Source: Alphaproteobacteria bacterium
Lineage (GTDB): Bacteria > Pseudomonadota > Alphaproteobacteria > RF32 > CAG-239
Length of the DNA stretch: 64,000 nucleotides
Direction: 5' to 3'
Assembly (NCBI GenBank): GCA_017546315.1
Contig: JAFYXH010000007.1
Coordinates: 14,508-78,507 of the forward strand
This document shows, one piece after another, positions 51,067-60,886 of this stretch. The first letter of the stretch is position 1. Each line of letters starts with the position of its first letter. The notes beneath the pieces are model-generated. The model saw only the letters and a list, made by a program, of their open reading frames with translations. It searched no databases and was not told the DNA's origin. The translations under genes were made by a program, and so were the position numbers.

Positions 51067-52497
51067 ATGAATACGTTTGAGCTGTATAATAGATTTTTAT
51101 CACAAAAAGGAAAAGTTAAGGCTTTTTTATCAGAAAAAGGAGCTATACCTTTTGAAATTGATAAATCCAGTTTAAAAAAAGCATATCCGGTTTTAATTGC
51201 ATCCATTATTGGGCTTAGTTCTTGCTCTTTAAAAAGTAAAGAAGAAAAAGAATATACTACTCCTATTAACAAAGAAATTTTCTACAACAATATTTATAAT
51301 GATGCTGTTGAGATTTATCAACTTGATAAACTCTCTAACGATGAAGCCTTGCCTCAAAAAATGATTGAGGATATTATGCTTGCTAAAAATACTCCAACAC
51401 TTACGGATTATAATTACAATCACATGCCAGAGAATCAGGAAAACTTTTGGAATATTGTTAAAAATGGTGTAAAAATTAGCGTTAATGATGTTGAAAAAAG
51501 CACTAAATTAAGTCGTGAGCAAGTTAAACGATACAAAATTATGGCTTATAAAATGCTATCTCAAATTTCTAGAAAAAAAGGTAGCGTTGATGAAGTTGAT
51601 TTGAGTGGACATAATAACTTAAAAGCATTTAGCTATTTTGAGAAAGTTGTGCAATTTAGAGATAATTATGAAAGAGTTGTCGCTAGAGCTCCAGGGGTTC
51701 ATGATGCGCATTCTGAAATATTTGGGCGTTATTATAAAGATTATTTCAAACTTCATGGTAAATGCGAAGAAAACCCCGAAATTGAAGAGTTTGCTAAAAT
51801 TCTATATAAAAATGATGATAAAGATAAAATATTCTCTTACAAAGATAGTGTTTATTGCAATAAAAAAAGTTATGAAGTTTTAGGCAAATGGTTAAAAGAT
51901 CAAGATATTAAAGATGATAATTTATACTATTTTGAACCTGACTGTAATGATGAATATTGCAATTCAGCCTCTTCCTATTATAAACGAGGTGGTGATTTAG
52001 GTGTTGTTTTAAGCATTCATCCTGAAGGTGATTTGGGTGATGGATTGTACGCCCCTGTTGGTAGTGTTATTATTCATGAATTGATGCACGTTATGCAAAG
52101 AAAGCCTTCTTCTGCGGAACTTCCTATGGATAATGCTATTGAAGGAGCTAACGCTTTTGTAAATAGGCACTTCAAAGAAAGTGCAGGCTATGCTGAAGAA
52201 CTAGCCCCTACTTTGATGTGCCTGATGATTGATGACGAAATCTATAAAGAAAAGAATGGGATTGAGCTTAATAGGGTTGTTGACTATGGTAAGATAAAAG
52301 TTCAGGGGCGAAATATAAATCTCGGTGAATTAGCTATTTGGTTTAGAGAAAAAACGGTTGAGTATAAAAAAACAAATAAAGGCAGATTTAGTGCTGATAA
52401 AATGTTGTGTTCACCTAATGTTTTAAAAGAATTAAAATCTATTTCTAATGGGTATATGCCAGTTAAACAAAAAAACAATTTTACCTTAGATAGATAA
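51067..52497 (+). CDS. putative zinc metalloprotease-like protein (HExxH motif), possible lipoprotein or effector
   Basis: IIHELMHVMQ motif; lipobox-like LSSC about 50 aa in (the true start is uncertain). Confidence 0.55.
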   Translation: MNTFELYNRFLSQKGKVKAFLSEKGAIPFEIDKSSLKKAYPVLIASIIGLSSCSLKSKEEKEYTTPINKEIFYNNIYNDAVEIYQLDKLSNDEALPQKMIEDIMLAKNTPTLTDYNYNHMPENQENFWNIVKNGVKISVNDVEKSTKLSREQVKRYKIMAYKMLSQISRKKGSVDEVDLSGHNNLKAFSYFEKVVQFRDNYERVVARAPGVHDAHSEIFGRYYKDYFKLHGKCEENPEIEEFAKILYKNDDKDKIFSYKDSVYCNKKSYEVLGKWLKDQDIKDDNLYYFEPDCNDEYCNSASSYYKRGGDLGVVLSIHPEGDLGDGLYAPVGSVIIHELMHVMQRKPSSAELPMDNAIEGANAFVNRHFKESAGYAEELAPTLMCLMIDDEIYKEKNGIELNRVVDYGKIKVQGRNINLGELAIWFREKTVEYKKTNKGRFSADKMLCSPNVLKELKSISNGYMPVKQKNNFTLDR

Positions 52498-52520
52498 ATA
52501 TTTAACATTTTTCACATAAA

Positions 52521-52560
52521 TAATATTGACAAAATGCCAAAAATATGATAAATTCCATAT
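52521..52560 (+). promoter_or_regulatory. sigma-70-like promoter (TTGACA -35 at 52526) for small-protein gene 1
   Basis: aatattgacaaaatgccaaaaatatgataaatt is about 80% identical to the promoter-like sequence at 53101-53135. Confidence 0.45.
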
Positions 52561-52584
52561 TGTAAAATTAAAAATTATTAAATT

Positions 52585-52791
52585 ATGAGAGAAGTAAAGA
52601 GAATAGCCATTATGGGCACTTTAGCAATTTTGTGCTGCATAATTGGTTTTTTGGGAAGAGTTAGTACATTTATTGTGCTTTTCTATGTATTTATTGGTGG
52701 TACTTTCTTTTTTGCTTTTAATATGATGATCAAAGATTATAAAGATCAAAAGAAAAGAGAAGCTGAGTTCAAACAAAAATATAAAAAATAA
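52585..52791 (+). CDS. small two-TM membrane protein (array member 1)
   Basis: 68 aa; two hydrophobic helices separated by a GR turn; lysine-rich tail; followed by a hairpin with the ctcccctatt motif. Confidence 0.45.
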   Translation: MREVKRIAIMGTLAILCCIIGFLGRVSTFIVLFYVFIGGTFFFAFNMMIKDYKDQKKREAEFKQKYKK

Positions 52792-52796
52792 TTAGT

Positions 52797-52985
52797 ATGA
52801 AGAAACATTTTTTGTCTGCATTGCAGATATTGCTGTTCTTTATCAGCGGTTGTGGCTTTGCCATAGGTGTAAACACTAATGGTAGAGAACAGTTGATCGC
52901 CTTTATTGTTGGCGGAATTTTTCTTATCATGTTTATGATCGCCTGTTCATGTGAAAAGGCTATAGAACAAAAAGAAGAAAAGTAA
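52797..52985 (+). CDS. small two-TM membrane protein (array member 2)
   Basis: 62 aa; same architecture (TM - NGRE turn - TM - charged tail). Confidence 0.45.
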   Translation: MKKHFLSALQILLFFISGCGFAIGVNTNGREQLIAFIVGGIFLIMFMIACSCEKAIEQKEEK

Positions 52986-53100
52986 AAAAACAATCTCCCC
53001 TATTTTATTGCACGATGCAGTAATGTGGGATTTTTTTTATAAAAACAGAAAATATTAATACTAAATGTTAATTTTTTTGATAAAATAAATTTCAATAAAG

Positions 53101-53135
53101 AATATTGACAAAAAACCAAAACAATATAGAATTGA
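53101..53135 (+). promoter_or_regulatory. sigma-70-like promoter (TTGACA at 53105) for small-protein gene 3
   Basis: aatattgacaaaaaaccaaaacaatatagaatt; duplicate of the sequence at 52521. Confidence 0.45.
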
Positions 53136-53161
53136 TTTAGAAATTTAAAATTTTTTATATT

Positions 53162-53320
53162 ATGAAAAAAAATCTCTTAATAAATGGATTGTTGATAGCG
53201 TATGTCGCATTGATGACAGCAGCTTTGTTTCTTGAAGGCAGAGAAAGTCGTGTTATGTTATGCATTGGTGGTGGTTGTTTTCTTGCTTATTACCTTATCA
53301 CCTCGAACAAATTCAAATGA
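53162..53320 (+). CDS. small two-TM membrane protein (array member 3; below the ORF-track size cutoff)
   Basis: 52 aa, MKKNLLINGLLIAYVALMTAALFLEGRESRVMLCIGGGCFLAYYLITSNKFK, translated by hand; terminator with the ctcccctatt motif follows. Confidence 0.4.
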   Translation: MKKNLLINGLLIAYVALMTAALFLEGRESRVMLCIGGGCFLAYYLITSNKFK

Positions 53321-53456
53321 TTTTGTAGAAGCTTCTAGTATTTTGAGAAAACTAATCCCCTATTTTATTGCAAAATGCAATAATGGGGGATTTTTAGTTT
53401 GACAAATGAGTTTTTTGTAGATATGTCTTCAGTCTAATTTTAATTTTTATTATATT

Positions 53457-53693
53457 ATGAGTAAATATTCTTTTGCTGTGTTTGCGTGTGCAATACTTAG
53501 TGTGCTTTGTGTTGTTTATGCCCTTATGGGGGATAAGGAGTTTTCAACTTATGCTTGGTTTGGATCTATTAGTTGTGCTATTCTTTGCTTGATTGGCTAT
53601 TCGTGTGAAAATGCCGCTACGGTTAATGATGAAGGCGAAGATGACTATTATGCTGATGGTGATTGTTCAAACAAAGATTACACAGAGAAATAA
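53457..53693 (+). CDS. small two-TM membrane protein (array member 4) with an acidic tail
   Basis: 78 aa; two Cys-rich hydrophobic helices; promoter-like TTGACA at 53399; terminator tctcccc/ggggaga + T6 at 53701-53740. Confidence 0.45.
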   Translation: MSKYSFAVFACAILSVLCVVYALMGDKEFSTYAWFGSISCAILCLIGYSCENAATVNDEGEDDYYADGDCSNKDYTEK

Positions 53694-53801
53694 TCAAAAA
53701 GTCTCCCCTATTCTTTAATGAATTTGGGGAGATTTTTTGTGATTAAATCTATAGAAAATTCTTGCTTTTTTGTGGAGTTTGGGTGTAAAAAATGTCTTGC
53801 T

Positions 53802-53892
<91 letters not shown>

Positions 53893-53936
53893 GTTGTTTT
53901 GTTTTAATAAAGTTTTAAGAAATATCTTTAAAGCAA

Positions 53937-53962
53937 AAATCCCCAAAATATGGGGATTTTTT
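53937..53962. terminator. bidirectional hairpin terminator between the tRNA-Ser and the convergent minus-strand gene
   Basis: atcccca/tggggat stem with an A-run 5' and T6 3'. Confidence 0.6.
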
Positions 53963-53963
53963 G

Positions 53964-54599
53964 TTATTCCACTTTGTATTCTTTTTCAAAAAATACATCC
54001 ACTACAATTTTTTCGTTTAAGAAGTAGTATTTCTTGATTTTCAAAGTGATTTTTTTCTTTTCGATAAGCACATCATAATCGAAATGGAGATAATTATCCC
54101 CATTGAGGCTTTCAACACCACCTATTAGCATATCCTTATACTCGGTATATTTTTTGCCATAGGATACTTCGCCGAAAAGAAATGGTTCGTCATAACATTT
54201 CTTATTTTTCCAACCGTTGAGGGCAGAATAAGTTAGAACATTTACGACAGGAACTTCGTAAGCTGTTGTGAAGCTTCCATCTGATTGCAACGAATAGCTG
54301 TGATCATGAATATAGTCAACAACGTTTGCACCGGTTTTTGCCTGAAACTGCACATCAACTACGACTAGCTCTGAACCTGTCCAATGAAATAGCGTTCGGC
54401 AATCATCTGTTTGCAACCAAATGCGAGATGAAGCAAAGTAATCATTTACATCATCACTAACAGCTAAGATTTCACCTTTGTGCCAAATATTTTCTACTTG
54501 GATGTCAGTTTGAACTTCAGCTTTTGGCTCGTTAATCACTTGTGCTTGGAGCACCACAGCACTTACGATCATAATGATCATAAAGAAAAATCTCTTCAT
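53964..54599 (-). CDS. secreted hypothetical protein
   Basis: Signal peptide MKRFFFMIIMIVSAVVLQAQV (start taken at the internal ATG 54599; the ORF track extends to 54674). Confidence 0.5.
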   Translation of the reverse strand: MKRFFFMIIMIVSAVVLQAQVINEPKAEVQTDIQVENIWHKGEILAVSDDVNDYFASSRIWLQTDDCRTLFHWTGSELVVVDVQFQAKTGANVVDYIHDHSYSLQSDGSFTTAYEVPVVNVLTYSALNGWKNKKCYDEPFLFGEVSYGKKYTEYKDMLIGGVESLNGDNYLHFDYDVLIEKKKITLKIKKYYFLNEKIVVDVFFEKEYKVE

Positions 54600-54725
54600 A
54601 ATAATAAGATTTTTTTGTTCAACATAAATATAGTTATCAGTAACAAACGTGTAGTATTTTTGTTTATTTGTCAATATGTTTTTTTAGATATATTTTTCAC
54701 ATAATTTGTTTTTAGATTTTGGATT

Positions 54726-54768
54726 TAAAAAAAAGATCTGAAACTTGAATGTTTCAGACCTTTTTTCT
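54726..54768 (-). terminator. intrinsic terminator
   Basis: agatctgaaac/gtttcagacct hairpin with T-runs on both strands. Confidence 0.6.
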
Positions 54769-55007
54769 TAGTGTTTAGAGTGCTCTACTCTAGTACTTTT
54801 TTGCGAATGCCCACAATTTCTCTTTTGATCAAAACTCTTGGATTTAGAGGATGAACAATCACAATGTTTGGGGCTCTCTTGTTTTTGTGAAGACTTTTTC
54901 TTTTCATCTTCATTGGCATCACTTTCTGGAACAAAGAAGTGATACACTCGTATCGGAAAAGATAAAAAAGTTCCGACTACGTAAGATACATAATTCTTTT
55001 CGTCCAT
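54768..55007 (-). CDS. small hypothetical protein (79 aa), serine/lysine-rich C-terminus
   Basis: ORF between two terminator hairpins; no known motif. Confidence 0.35.
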   Translation of the reverse strand: MDEKNYVSYVVGTFLSFPIRVYHFFVPESDANEDEKKKSSQKQESPKHCDCSSSKSKSFDQKRNCGHSQKSTRVEHSKH

Positions 55008-55080
55008 AATTGTTATTTAAATAATAAGTTTTCTAGGAGTATTTTAGGCTTATGTGAGTAAGTGTCAATAACGATATTAA

Positions 55081-55110
55081 AAAAGACCACCATAAAATGG
55101 CGGTCTTTTT
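55081..55110 (-). terminator. intrinsic terminator of the 55113-55841 gene
   Basis: aagaccacc/ggcggtctt hairpin plus T6 on the minus strand. Confidence 0.6.
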
Positions 55111-55112
55111 TA

Positions 55113-55841
55113 TTAGAGCTCTTCAATTTCTCCGTACTTTATGTTGTTAATATCTGAAAGATTTGTAATTTCTTTAGATAACAACAACTTCCAGCGGGTT
55201 GATGAAATTCTTTTGCGTTCTGTTCCATCAATGTTGTATATGATATAACCATGAGTGTTAATATCTTTTTTTACAACATAAAATGTGGAGTTTGTTCCTT
55301 GTTTGTCTTTTAATAATACAACATCCTTTGCATTTATGCGCCATAGTCGATTTGCTTGACTATCAAAAAACGAAATCTTGTGCATATCAAGCAAACATAA
55401 TACTGTTGGCGTTTGAAATACTCTTACAGGCACGACAAAGCTTTTGGTTTTGGGAAAATAATAATACTTTTGGAAATGAGAAGTCCCAAGATAGTAAGTA
55501 TTTGCATTATCTTCCGTTTTGATGTCTATAAAAGTATCAAAACTCATACCTCCGATAGGTGTTCCTTGATGATTAAAAACTAATATCCTATTGTTTTGGC
55601 AAATTGCCTTGATGATAAAACTATCAACTTCAAAGGATTTATAATCACCTGCGTGCAGAATTATTTCTCCGGTTGCTTTTTGCTTGACACCAATTCGTGT
55701 TCCTTCGTTATACGAGATTAACTGCTCGTTTAATGAGAAATTTTCAAAAGATGCGGTGTTTGACTTTGAATTATTAAAAAGAACAAAATATGCACCAACT
55801 GCTAAAGATAGTGCAATGGCAAAAAATAATATTTTTTTCAT
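55113..55841 (-). CDS. secreted hypothetical protein (242 aa)
   Basis: Signal peptide MKKILFFAIALSLAVGAYFVLF; no recognisable domain. Confidence 0.5.
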   Translation of the reverse strand: MKKILFFAIALSLAVGAYFVLFNNSKSNTASFENFSLNEQLISYNEGTRIGVKQKATGEIILHAGDYKSFEVDSFIIKAICQNNRILVFNHQGTPIGGMSFDTFIDIKTEDNANTYYLGTSHFQKYYYFPKTKSFVVPVRVFQTPTVLCLLDMHKISFFDSQANRLWRINAKDVVLLKDKQGTNSTFYVVKKDINTHGYIIYNIDGTERKRISSTRWKLLLSKEITNLSDINNIKYGEIEEL

Positions 55842-56018
55842 AACTTTATAGGGTTTTACATAATTATTTATTTATCTTGGGCAAGAATAGCAATAATTTT
55901 ATTTAATTGCAAGCGTTTTATCCAAAAAAGACAAAAAACATCAAAAAAAGCTGATTAACCTTATTTTTACTTTTAAAAATATATAGTGATGGTATAATTT
56001 TATGTAGAGAGGTTCTTT

Positions 56019-57083
56019 ATGTCTCGTGCCGAAGATATTTTTGAAAAACTAGTTTATTTTGGCGAAGATGCTATTGATGAGTTTATATTAAATCGCCAAA
56101 CAGAAGAGTTGTTTATGGATTTTAAGCAAGCAGTTTCTGATGGTAAATGTATGAGAGCACTTCATCAAAACGACAGAAGAAATTTGGCAAAAGCAATATC
56201 TGCTTTTGGCAACTCTGAAGGTGGTGTTTTGGTTTGGGGTGTTGAGTGTGCAAGAGATGTTGAGCTTGGAGATGTTGCGCAAGCAAAGGTTAAGGTTAAA
56301 AATGTTCATAGATTTTTGAGCTGGCTTGAGGGGGCAATTTCTGGATGCACAATTCCTTCTCATAATAAGGTTAGAAATCATATAATTTCGGTTGATAAAA
56401 ATGGTGATGGTTTTTTGGCTACTTATATTCCTAAATCGGATATTGCGCCACTGATGACAACAAGTGGAAGTCAAGTTTATATTAGGTCTGGGTCTAACAA
56501 TGTGCCTGCACCCTATTCTGTTATTGCGGGAATGTTTGGCCGACGTCCTCAACCCAATATTGAGATGGTTATTGATAATAAGATGATCGAAGTGGCGAAA
56601 GAAAATGAAGATGATATTTTTAGACCACTTAAGAAAAGTAGTAAAAAAGAGAGTGTGGTTAAGGTTCGATTTTCGCTATTGGCTGAGAATAACTCTAATG
56701 CTATTGCTAAGGAAGTATTTTTATCTTGCAATACCTTGAGTGTGGGGGGAGATAAGAATAAGGTAAACTTTTATTATGATTCTCAATTAGAGAACTTAGC
56801 GTCCATGCATAATTCTATTAACCTTATAACTCCGATTGAAATGCGTATTCCACCTAGGGCATTGTTTAGTTGTGCTAAGGCAGAAATTAGATTTTACAAT
56901 GATATTTCAGAAGATTTTTTGATGGAAGGTGTTATTGGAGCTGAGGGGAGCATTCCTAAGAGTTTTAGAATTTCTATATCTAAGAATGATTTACGCTCTT
57001 TTGTGGCACAAGCTTTGAAGAAAAATGCTAATTTAGAAGTTCTGACAAATGAGTTTTTTTCGGAGTATTTGAATAGCGAGTAA
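56019..57083 (+). CDS. AlbA_2 (Schlafen-like putative DNA-binding) domain protein
   Basis: N-terminal block EELFMDFKQ...AISAFGNSEGGVLVWGVE matches the AlbA_2/divergent-AAA signature (E..L.FK ... AFAN..GG.L..GV). Confidence 0.5.
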   Translation: MSRAEDIFEKLVYFGEDAIDEFILNRQTEELFMDFKQAVSDGKCMRALHQNDRRNLAKAISAFGNSEGGVLVWGVECARDVELGDVAQAKVKVKNVHRFLSWLEGAISGCTIPSHNKVRNHIISVDKNGDGFLATYIPKSDIAPLMTTSGSQVYIRSGSNNVPAPYSVIAGMFGRRPQPNIEMVIDNKMIEVAKENEDDIFRPLKKSSKKESVVKVRFSLLAENNSNAIAKEVFLSCNTLSVGGDKNKVNFYYDSQLENLASMHNSINLITPIEMRIPPRALFSCAKAEIRFYNDISEDFLMEGVIGAEGSIPKSFRISISKNDLRSFVAQALKKNANLEVLTNEFFSEYLNSE

Positions 57084-57137
57084 TTTGTTTAATGGTTTAG
57101 AAATAACAAAATAAATAAAATATATAAAGGAAATAAA

Positions 57138-57578
57138 ATGAAAAGAGTTGAGATTTTTACTGATGGGGCGTGTTCTGGCAATCCTGGTGCTGGCGGATGG
57201 GGTGCGATATTAAGATATAATGATGTTGAAAAAGAATTATCAGGTGGAGAAGCTGAAACAACCAACAACCGCATGGAGTTAACGGCGGTTATTAGTGCTT
57301 TGGAAGCTTTGAAGGAAAGTTGTAATATTACTCTTTATACTGATAGTCGCTATGTGATGGATGGTATTGAAAAGTGGATTTTCCAATGGAAGAAAAATGG
57401 ATGGAAAACATCTAATAAAAAAAGCCCAGTAAAGAATGTTGAGTTATGGCAAAGATTAGATGAGTTAAGAAGTCGTCATGAAATTAGATGGGTATGGGTT
57501 AAAGGGCATGCTGGCCATAAAGAAAATGAAAGATGTGATGAATTGGCTCGAATGGAAGCACAAAAGTTTAAAAATTAA
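57138..57578 (+). CDS. rnhA: ribonuclease HI
   Basis: [47 protein letters not shown]: canonical RNase H active-site blocks. Confidence 0.9.
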   Translation: MKRVEIFTDGACSGNPGAGGWGAILRYNDVEKELSGGEAETTNNRMELTAVISALEALKESCNITLYTDSRYVMDGIEKWIFQWKKNGWKTSNKKSPVKNVELWQRLDELRSRHEIRWVWVKGHAGHKENERCDELARMEAQKFKN

Positions 57579-57659
57579 CTAAAAAGACTGTTTTTTACTT
57601 GAGTTTGTATGTGTTTTATGATATAATTTGTTTAAGTTTAGCTTTTAATGGAGGGGGGA

Positions 57660-60600
57660 ATGAATAATAATAAAAATAATTCCTTTAATAGTGAAAGAAG
57701 TGCACTAATATTTGATTTTTTAAAAGAAGTAAATAGTGCTATACGCAGTGTTAACTCTAATAAAAATAATGATGATATTTACAAATTGTGGGATGTAATC
57801 TACCATGCAGCAGCGTTAAACGATATTAACGGTGATATAAGCAGTTTTGTTTTGGATAAAGTTAAGGAATTGGGTTTATTTAACAAAGAAGAAGAAAAGA
57901 AATTTGAAGAAAAATTAATTCCTTGGGGTGAAAAAAATAATAATAAATATAATGAACTTAGAGAAAGAAGGAATAAAGAAGGCGAAGACAACTTTAATAA
58001 TAATTTGTTCTCCAGAACTCTTTATGATAAATCTTTTTCAAATGTGCAACAAAGTGAAATTTATAGAGCTTCTGTTGATGCTATGTTTGAGCAATATAAA
58101 GGTGAAAAACAGGTAAACCTTACTGATGTTTTTATGGAAAATATTGAAAAAAGCGGTAAATTTAATGATGAAGAAAAGAAAAAGTTGAAAGAATTTTCGT
58201 TACAATCCGAAGAAGCTGTAAAGAATGTGGAAAAACTTTCCGAAGATATGAAAAAACACTTTGATGAAAAAATAAAATTTGAGAACGGGATTAACGGATC
58301 GAAAAATAAAAATAACAATATGAAGCAAAATGATTATTATGATGGGTTTGATAGTGTATTGTTTGACAAGGTGTATTCGGATAAATCTTTTTCCGGCGAG
58401 CAAAGGGGTAAAATTATTCTAGCTTCTATGGATGCTATGTATGCGCAATACAAAGATGGTAAACAAGTAAATCTTACTGAAGTTTTTATGGAAAGTATTG
58501 AAAAAAGCGGTAAATTTAATGATGAAGAAAAGAAAAAACTGAAGGGTTTTTCTTTGGAGGCTGCTGAAAAGGTAAAGGACATAGATAAAGTTCCGGAGCG
58601 ATTGGTAAAGAATTTTGAAAAAGCACTCAAATTTGAAGAAGATTTAAAAAAGATGAATAATATTAACAAAGCTAATGCTTTGAATGGTTCGGAATATAAT
58701 CCCAGTGATGAAATTAAGAAACAAAAAGAAGAGTTGGAGAAATTAAGAGCCGAAGGTGAAGCTAGGGATAAAAAATGGCGTGAAGAGCAAAAAGCAAAAG
58801 ATGAAGCATGGGCGGAAAAAAATAAATCATCAAATCAGGCTATTAACGATATGTCTTTTATAGGACTTGCTATTACGTCTCCTTCATTGGCTAGCATGCC
58901 TCCAATGCAAAGAAATTTTATATATAGTGAAATAAATAGCTTGATGGAACAGTTAAAAGATAATGGGCAGCTTAGCAAAAGAGCTGATGTGTTATTAAAA
59001 GAAAGTATTGTCAATAATAAAGAGTTTAGTCAATATGATAAGGATTTTGCTTTTAAGTGTATTGAGCAATATGACAATTTATTTAAAAATGATGAAAGAC
59101 CGGGGTTTGTTGCTAAAAAAGAAACCCAAGCTAACGCTTCTAAAATTACTGAAACGACAAATCAAAATACTGAGAAAAATGCTTTATCTGAATATATAGA
59201 AAGTGCTCGTAATAAAATGATCAAAGAAAAAGCTCCTACGGGTTTTGCATACATCATTTTGTGTGATATGGATAAAAATCCTAATATCAGTAAAGAAACC
59301 AAAGATATGTTTTTGAATATGGCTATTAAGAGTAGTAAAGAAATTCAAAATCAAGGTTTAAAGATGACAACTGATGAAGGAGTTTATGCATTTGCCGAGG
59401 TCTTAAGTAAAAAGATAAAAGAAAATAAAGAGTTTGGAGAAAAAGGTTTTGAGATAGTTAAAGATATTATGAAAAATGGAGAATCTTTCAACAAAATGTT
59501 ATTTGCTAAAGAAGTGAAAAACATAGTGTTGAACCTTGGTAATGATAATCAGACAAAGACAGATAAAAAAGAAGAAATCAAAAACGATAATAAGCCAATA
59601 GAAGTGAATAAAGAGATAAAAAGACCTGAAACTCCTAAAACAGAAAAAACTGAGATGGAAGCTAAATTAGAGCGTGTAGAAAAATCAGATGAATATAAAA
59701 ATCTTATCAACTCGGGTAATTTTAATGATGCTCAAAAAGATGCTATAAAACTTGATATGGCTAAAAAACTTAAATCTGAATATTTTGAAAATGCTAAAGA
59801 TAAAATAAAAAAAGAAAACGCTTCAATTGGTTTTGCATATATGATACTTGCTAGCATGGATGAGAACCCAAAGATTAGCCAAAAAACTAAAGATGTTTTT
59901 TTGAATATGGCGATTAAATGTAGCAAAGAGATAACAGCCGAGGGATTGAAGATGTCTTCTCCTGAAGGTATGCGAGCAATGGCTGAAAAAATCTCCAAAG
60001 AGATGAAAGAGAATAAGGAGTTTGGTGATGAGGGATTGAAAGCTATTGTAGATACCTTTAACAATGGCAAAGCGATAAATAGTTTATCTTATGCAGATAA
60101 GTTAAAGGATTTTGTTTTTAAGAGATTAAATATTAGTGATGATGCTTCTAAACAAATCAATCAAGAAACAACAGGACTTAAAGAAACAATAGAAAAGAGT
60201 GGAAAACAAACAGAAAGTATCACCCAATTAAAGAATGAAAAAAATGAAATAAAAGAAAAGCCTGTTGAAGAGATTTTGGTTGATAAAATAATCCGAAATG
60301 GGAGTTTTTCTAAAGAAGCACAAAATGAGATATTAAATATTGCGATAGAAATTGAACAAGCAAAACTTAAAAGTGAAACTGATAAAAATAAAACAACATC
60401 AGAAGCTTTTATGGATAAAGTTATCAATAGTGATAAAATTAGTGACAAAGAAAAAGATGAATTGCTTAAAATGTCTATAAAGACAGAAAATAAGGAAATT
60501 GAAAAAACTGAAGGCGGGAAAAGGCTTTATTTTGATGAGAATAAAAAGGAGCGATTTGACCAATTAAAATTAAGTGATAAAGCATTAGAAAGTTTGGAAG

Positions 60601-60809
60601 CTAAAGTTGAAAATGGCAAATTTTCGGTAAAAATACCTGAAAATGATGAGATAAAAAAAGAAGTTATTAGAAGTATTAAAGTGCAAGAAGGCATTGAAAA
60701 TATCAGAAATGCTAAGAGAGATGAAAAAGCAACAGAAAGTAAGCCTACTTTTGACAACAATATGACTACAAATATGGCTAAATTTATGGCATCTCATAAT
60801 CAGCGATAA
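57660..60809 (+). CDS. giant repetitive lysine/glutamate/asparagine-rich hypothetical protein (paralogue A, ~1050 aa) with internal duplications and a shared C-terminal module
   Basis: RBS ggagggggg before the ATG at 57660; two pairs of internal ~60-90-aa direct repeats (KQVNLT(D/E)VFME(N/S)IEKSGKFNDEEKKKLK; GFAY(I/M)IL..MD.NP.IS..TKD.FLNMAIK); the last ~185 aa are similar to the C-terminus of the next gene. Confidence 0.6.
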   Translation: MNNNKNNSFNSERSALIFDFLKEVNSAIRSVNSNKNNDDIYKLWDVIYHAAALNDINGDISSFVLDKVKELGLFNKEEEKKFEEKLIPWGEKNNNKYNELRERRNKEGEDNFNNNLFSRTLYDKSFSNVQQSEIYRASVDAMFEQYKGEKQVNLTDVFMENIEKSGKFNDEEKKKLKEFSLQSEEAVKNVEKLSEDMKKHFDEKIKFENGINGSKNKNNNMKQNDYYDGFDSVLFDKVYSDKSFSGEQRGKIILASMDAMYAQYKDGKQVNLTEVFMESIEKSGKFNDEEKKKLKGFSLEAAEKVKDIDKVPERLVKNFEKALKFEEDLKKMNNINKANALNGSEYNPSDEIKKQKEELEKLRAEGEARDKKWREEQKAKDEAWAEKNKSSNQAINDMSFIGLAITSPSLASMPPMQRNFIYSEINSLMEQLKDNGQLSKRADVLLKESIVNNKEFSQYDKDFAFKCIEQYDNLFKNDERPGFVAKKETQANASKITETTNQNTEKNALSEYIESARNKMIKEKAPTGFAYIILCDMDKNPNISKETKDMFLNMAIKSSKEIQNQGLKMTTDEGVYAFAEVLSKKIKENKEFGEKGFEIVKDIMKNGESFNKMLFAKEVKNIVLNLGNDNQTKTDKKEEIKNDNKPIEVNKEIKRPETPKTEKTEMEAKLERVEKSDEYKNLINSGNFNDAQKDAIKLDMAKKLKSEYFENAKDKIKKENASIGFAYMILASMDENPKISQKTKDVFLNMAIKCSKEITAEGLKMSSPEGMRAMAEKISKEMKENKEFGDEGLKAIVDTFNNGKAINSLSYADKLKDFVFKRLNISDDASKQINQETTGLKETIEKSGKQTESITQLKNEKNEIKEKPVEEILVDKIIRNGSFSKEAQNEILNIAIEIEQAKLKSETDKNKTTSEAFMDKVINSDKISDKEKDELLKMSIKTENKEIEKTEGGKRLYFDENKKERFDQLKLSDKALESLEAKVENGKFSVKIPENDEIKKEVIRSIKVQEGIENIRNAKRDEKATESKPTFDNNMTTNMAKFMASHNQR

Positions 60810-60886
60810 TTTGTTTTTTGCTTGTTTTTGAGTTATAAATATGGTATATTTTTAAGCATATATGATGCTTAAAATCGGAGGGATGA

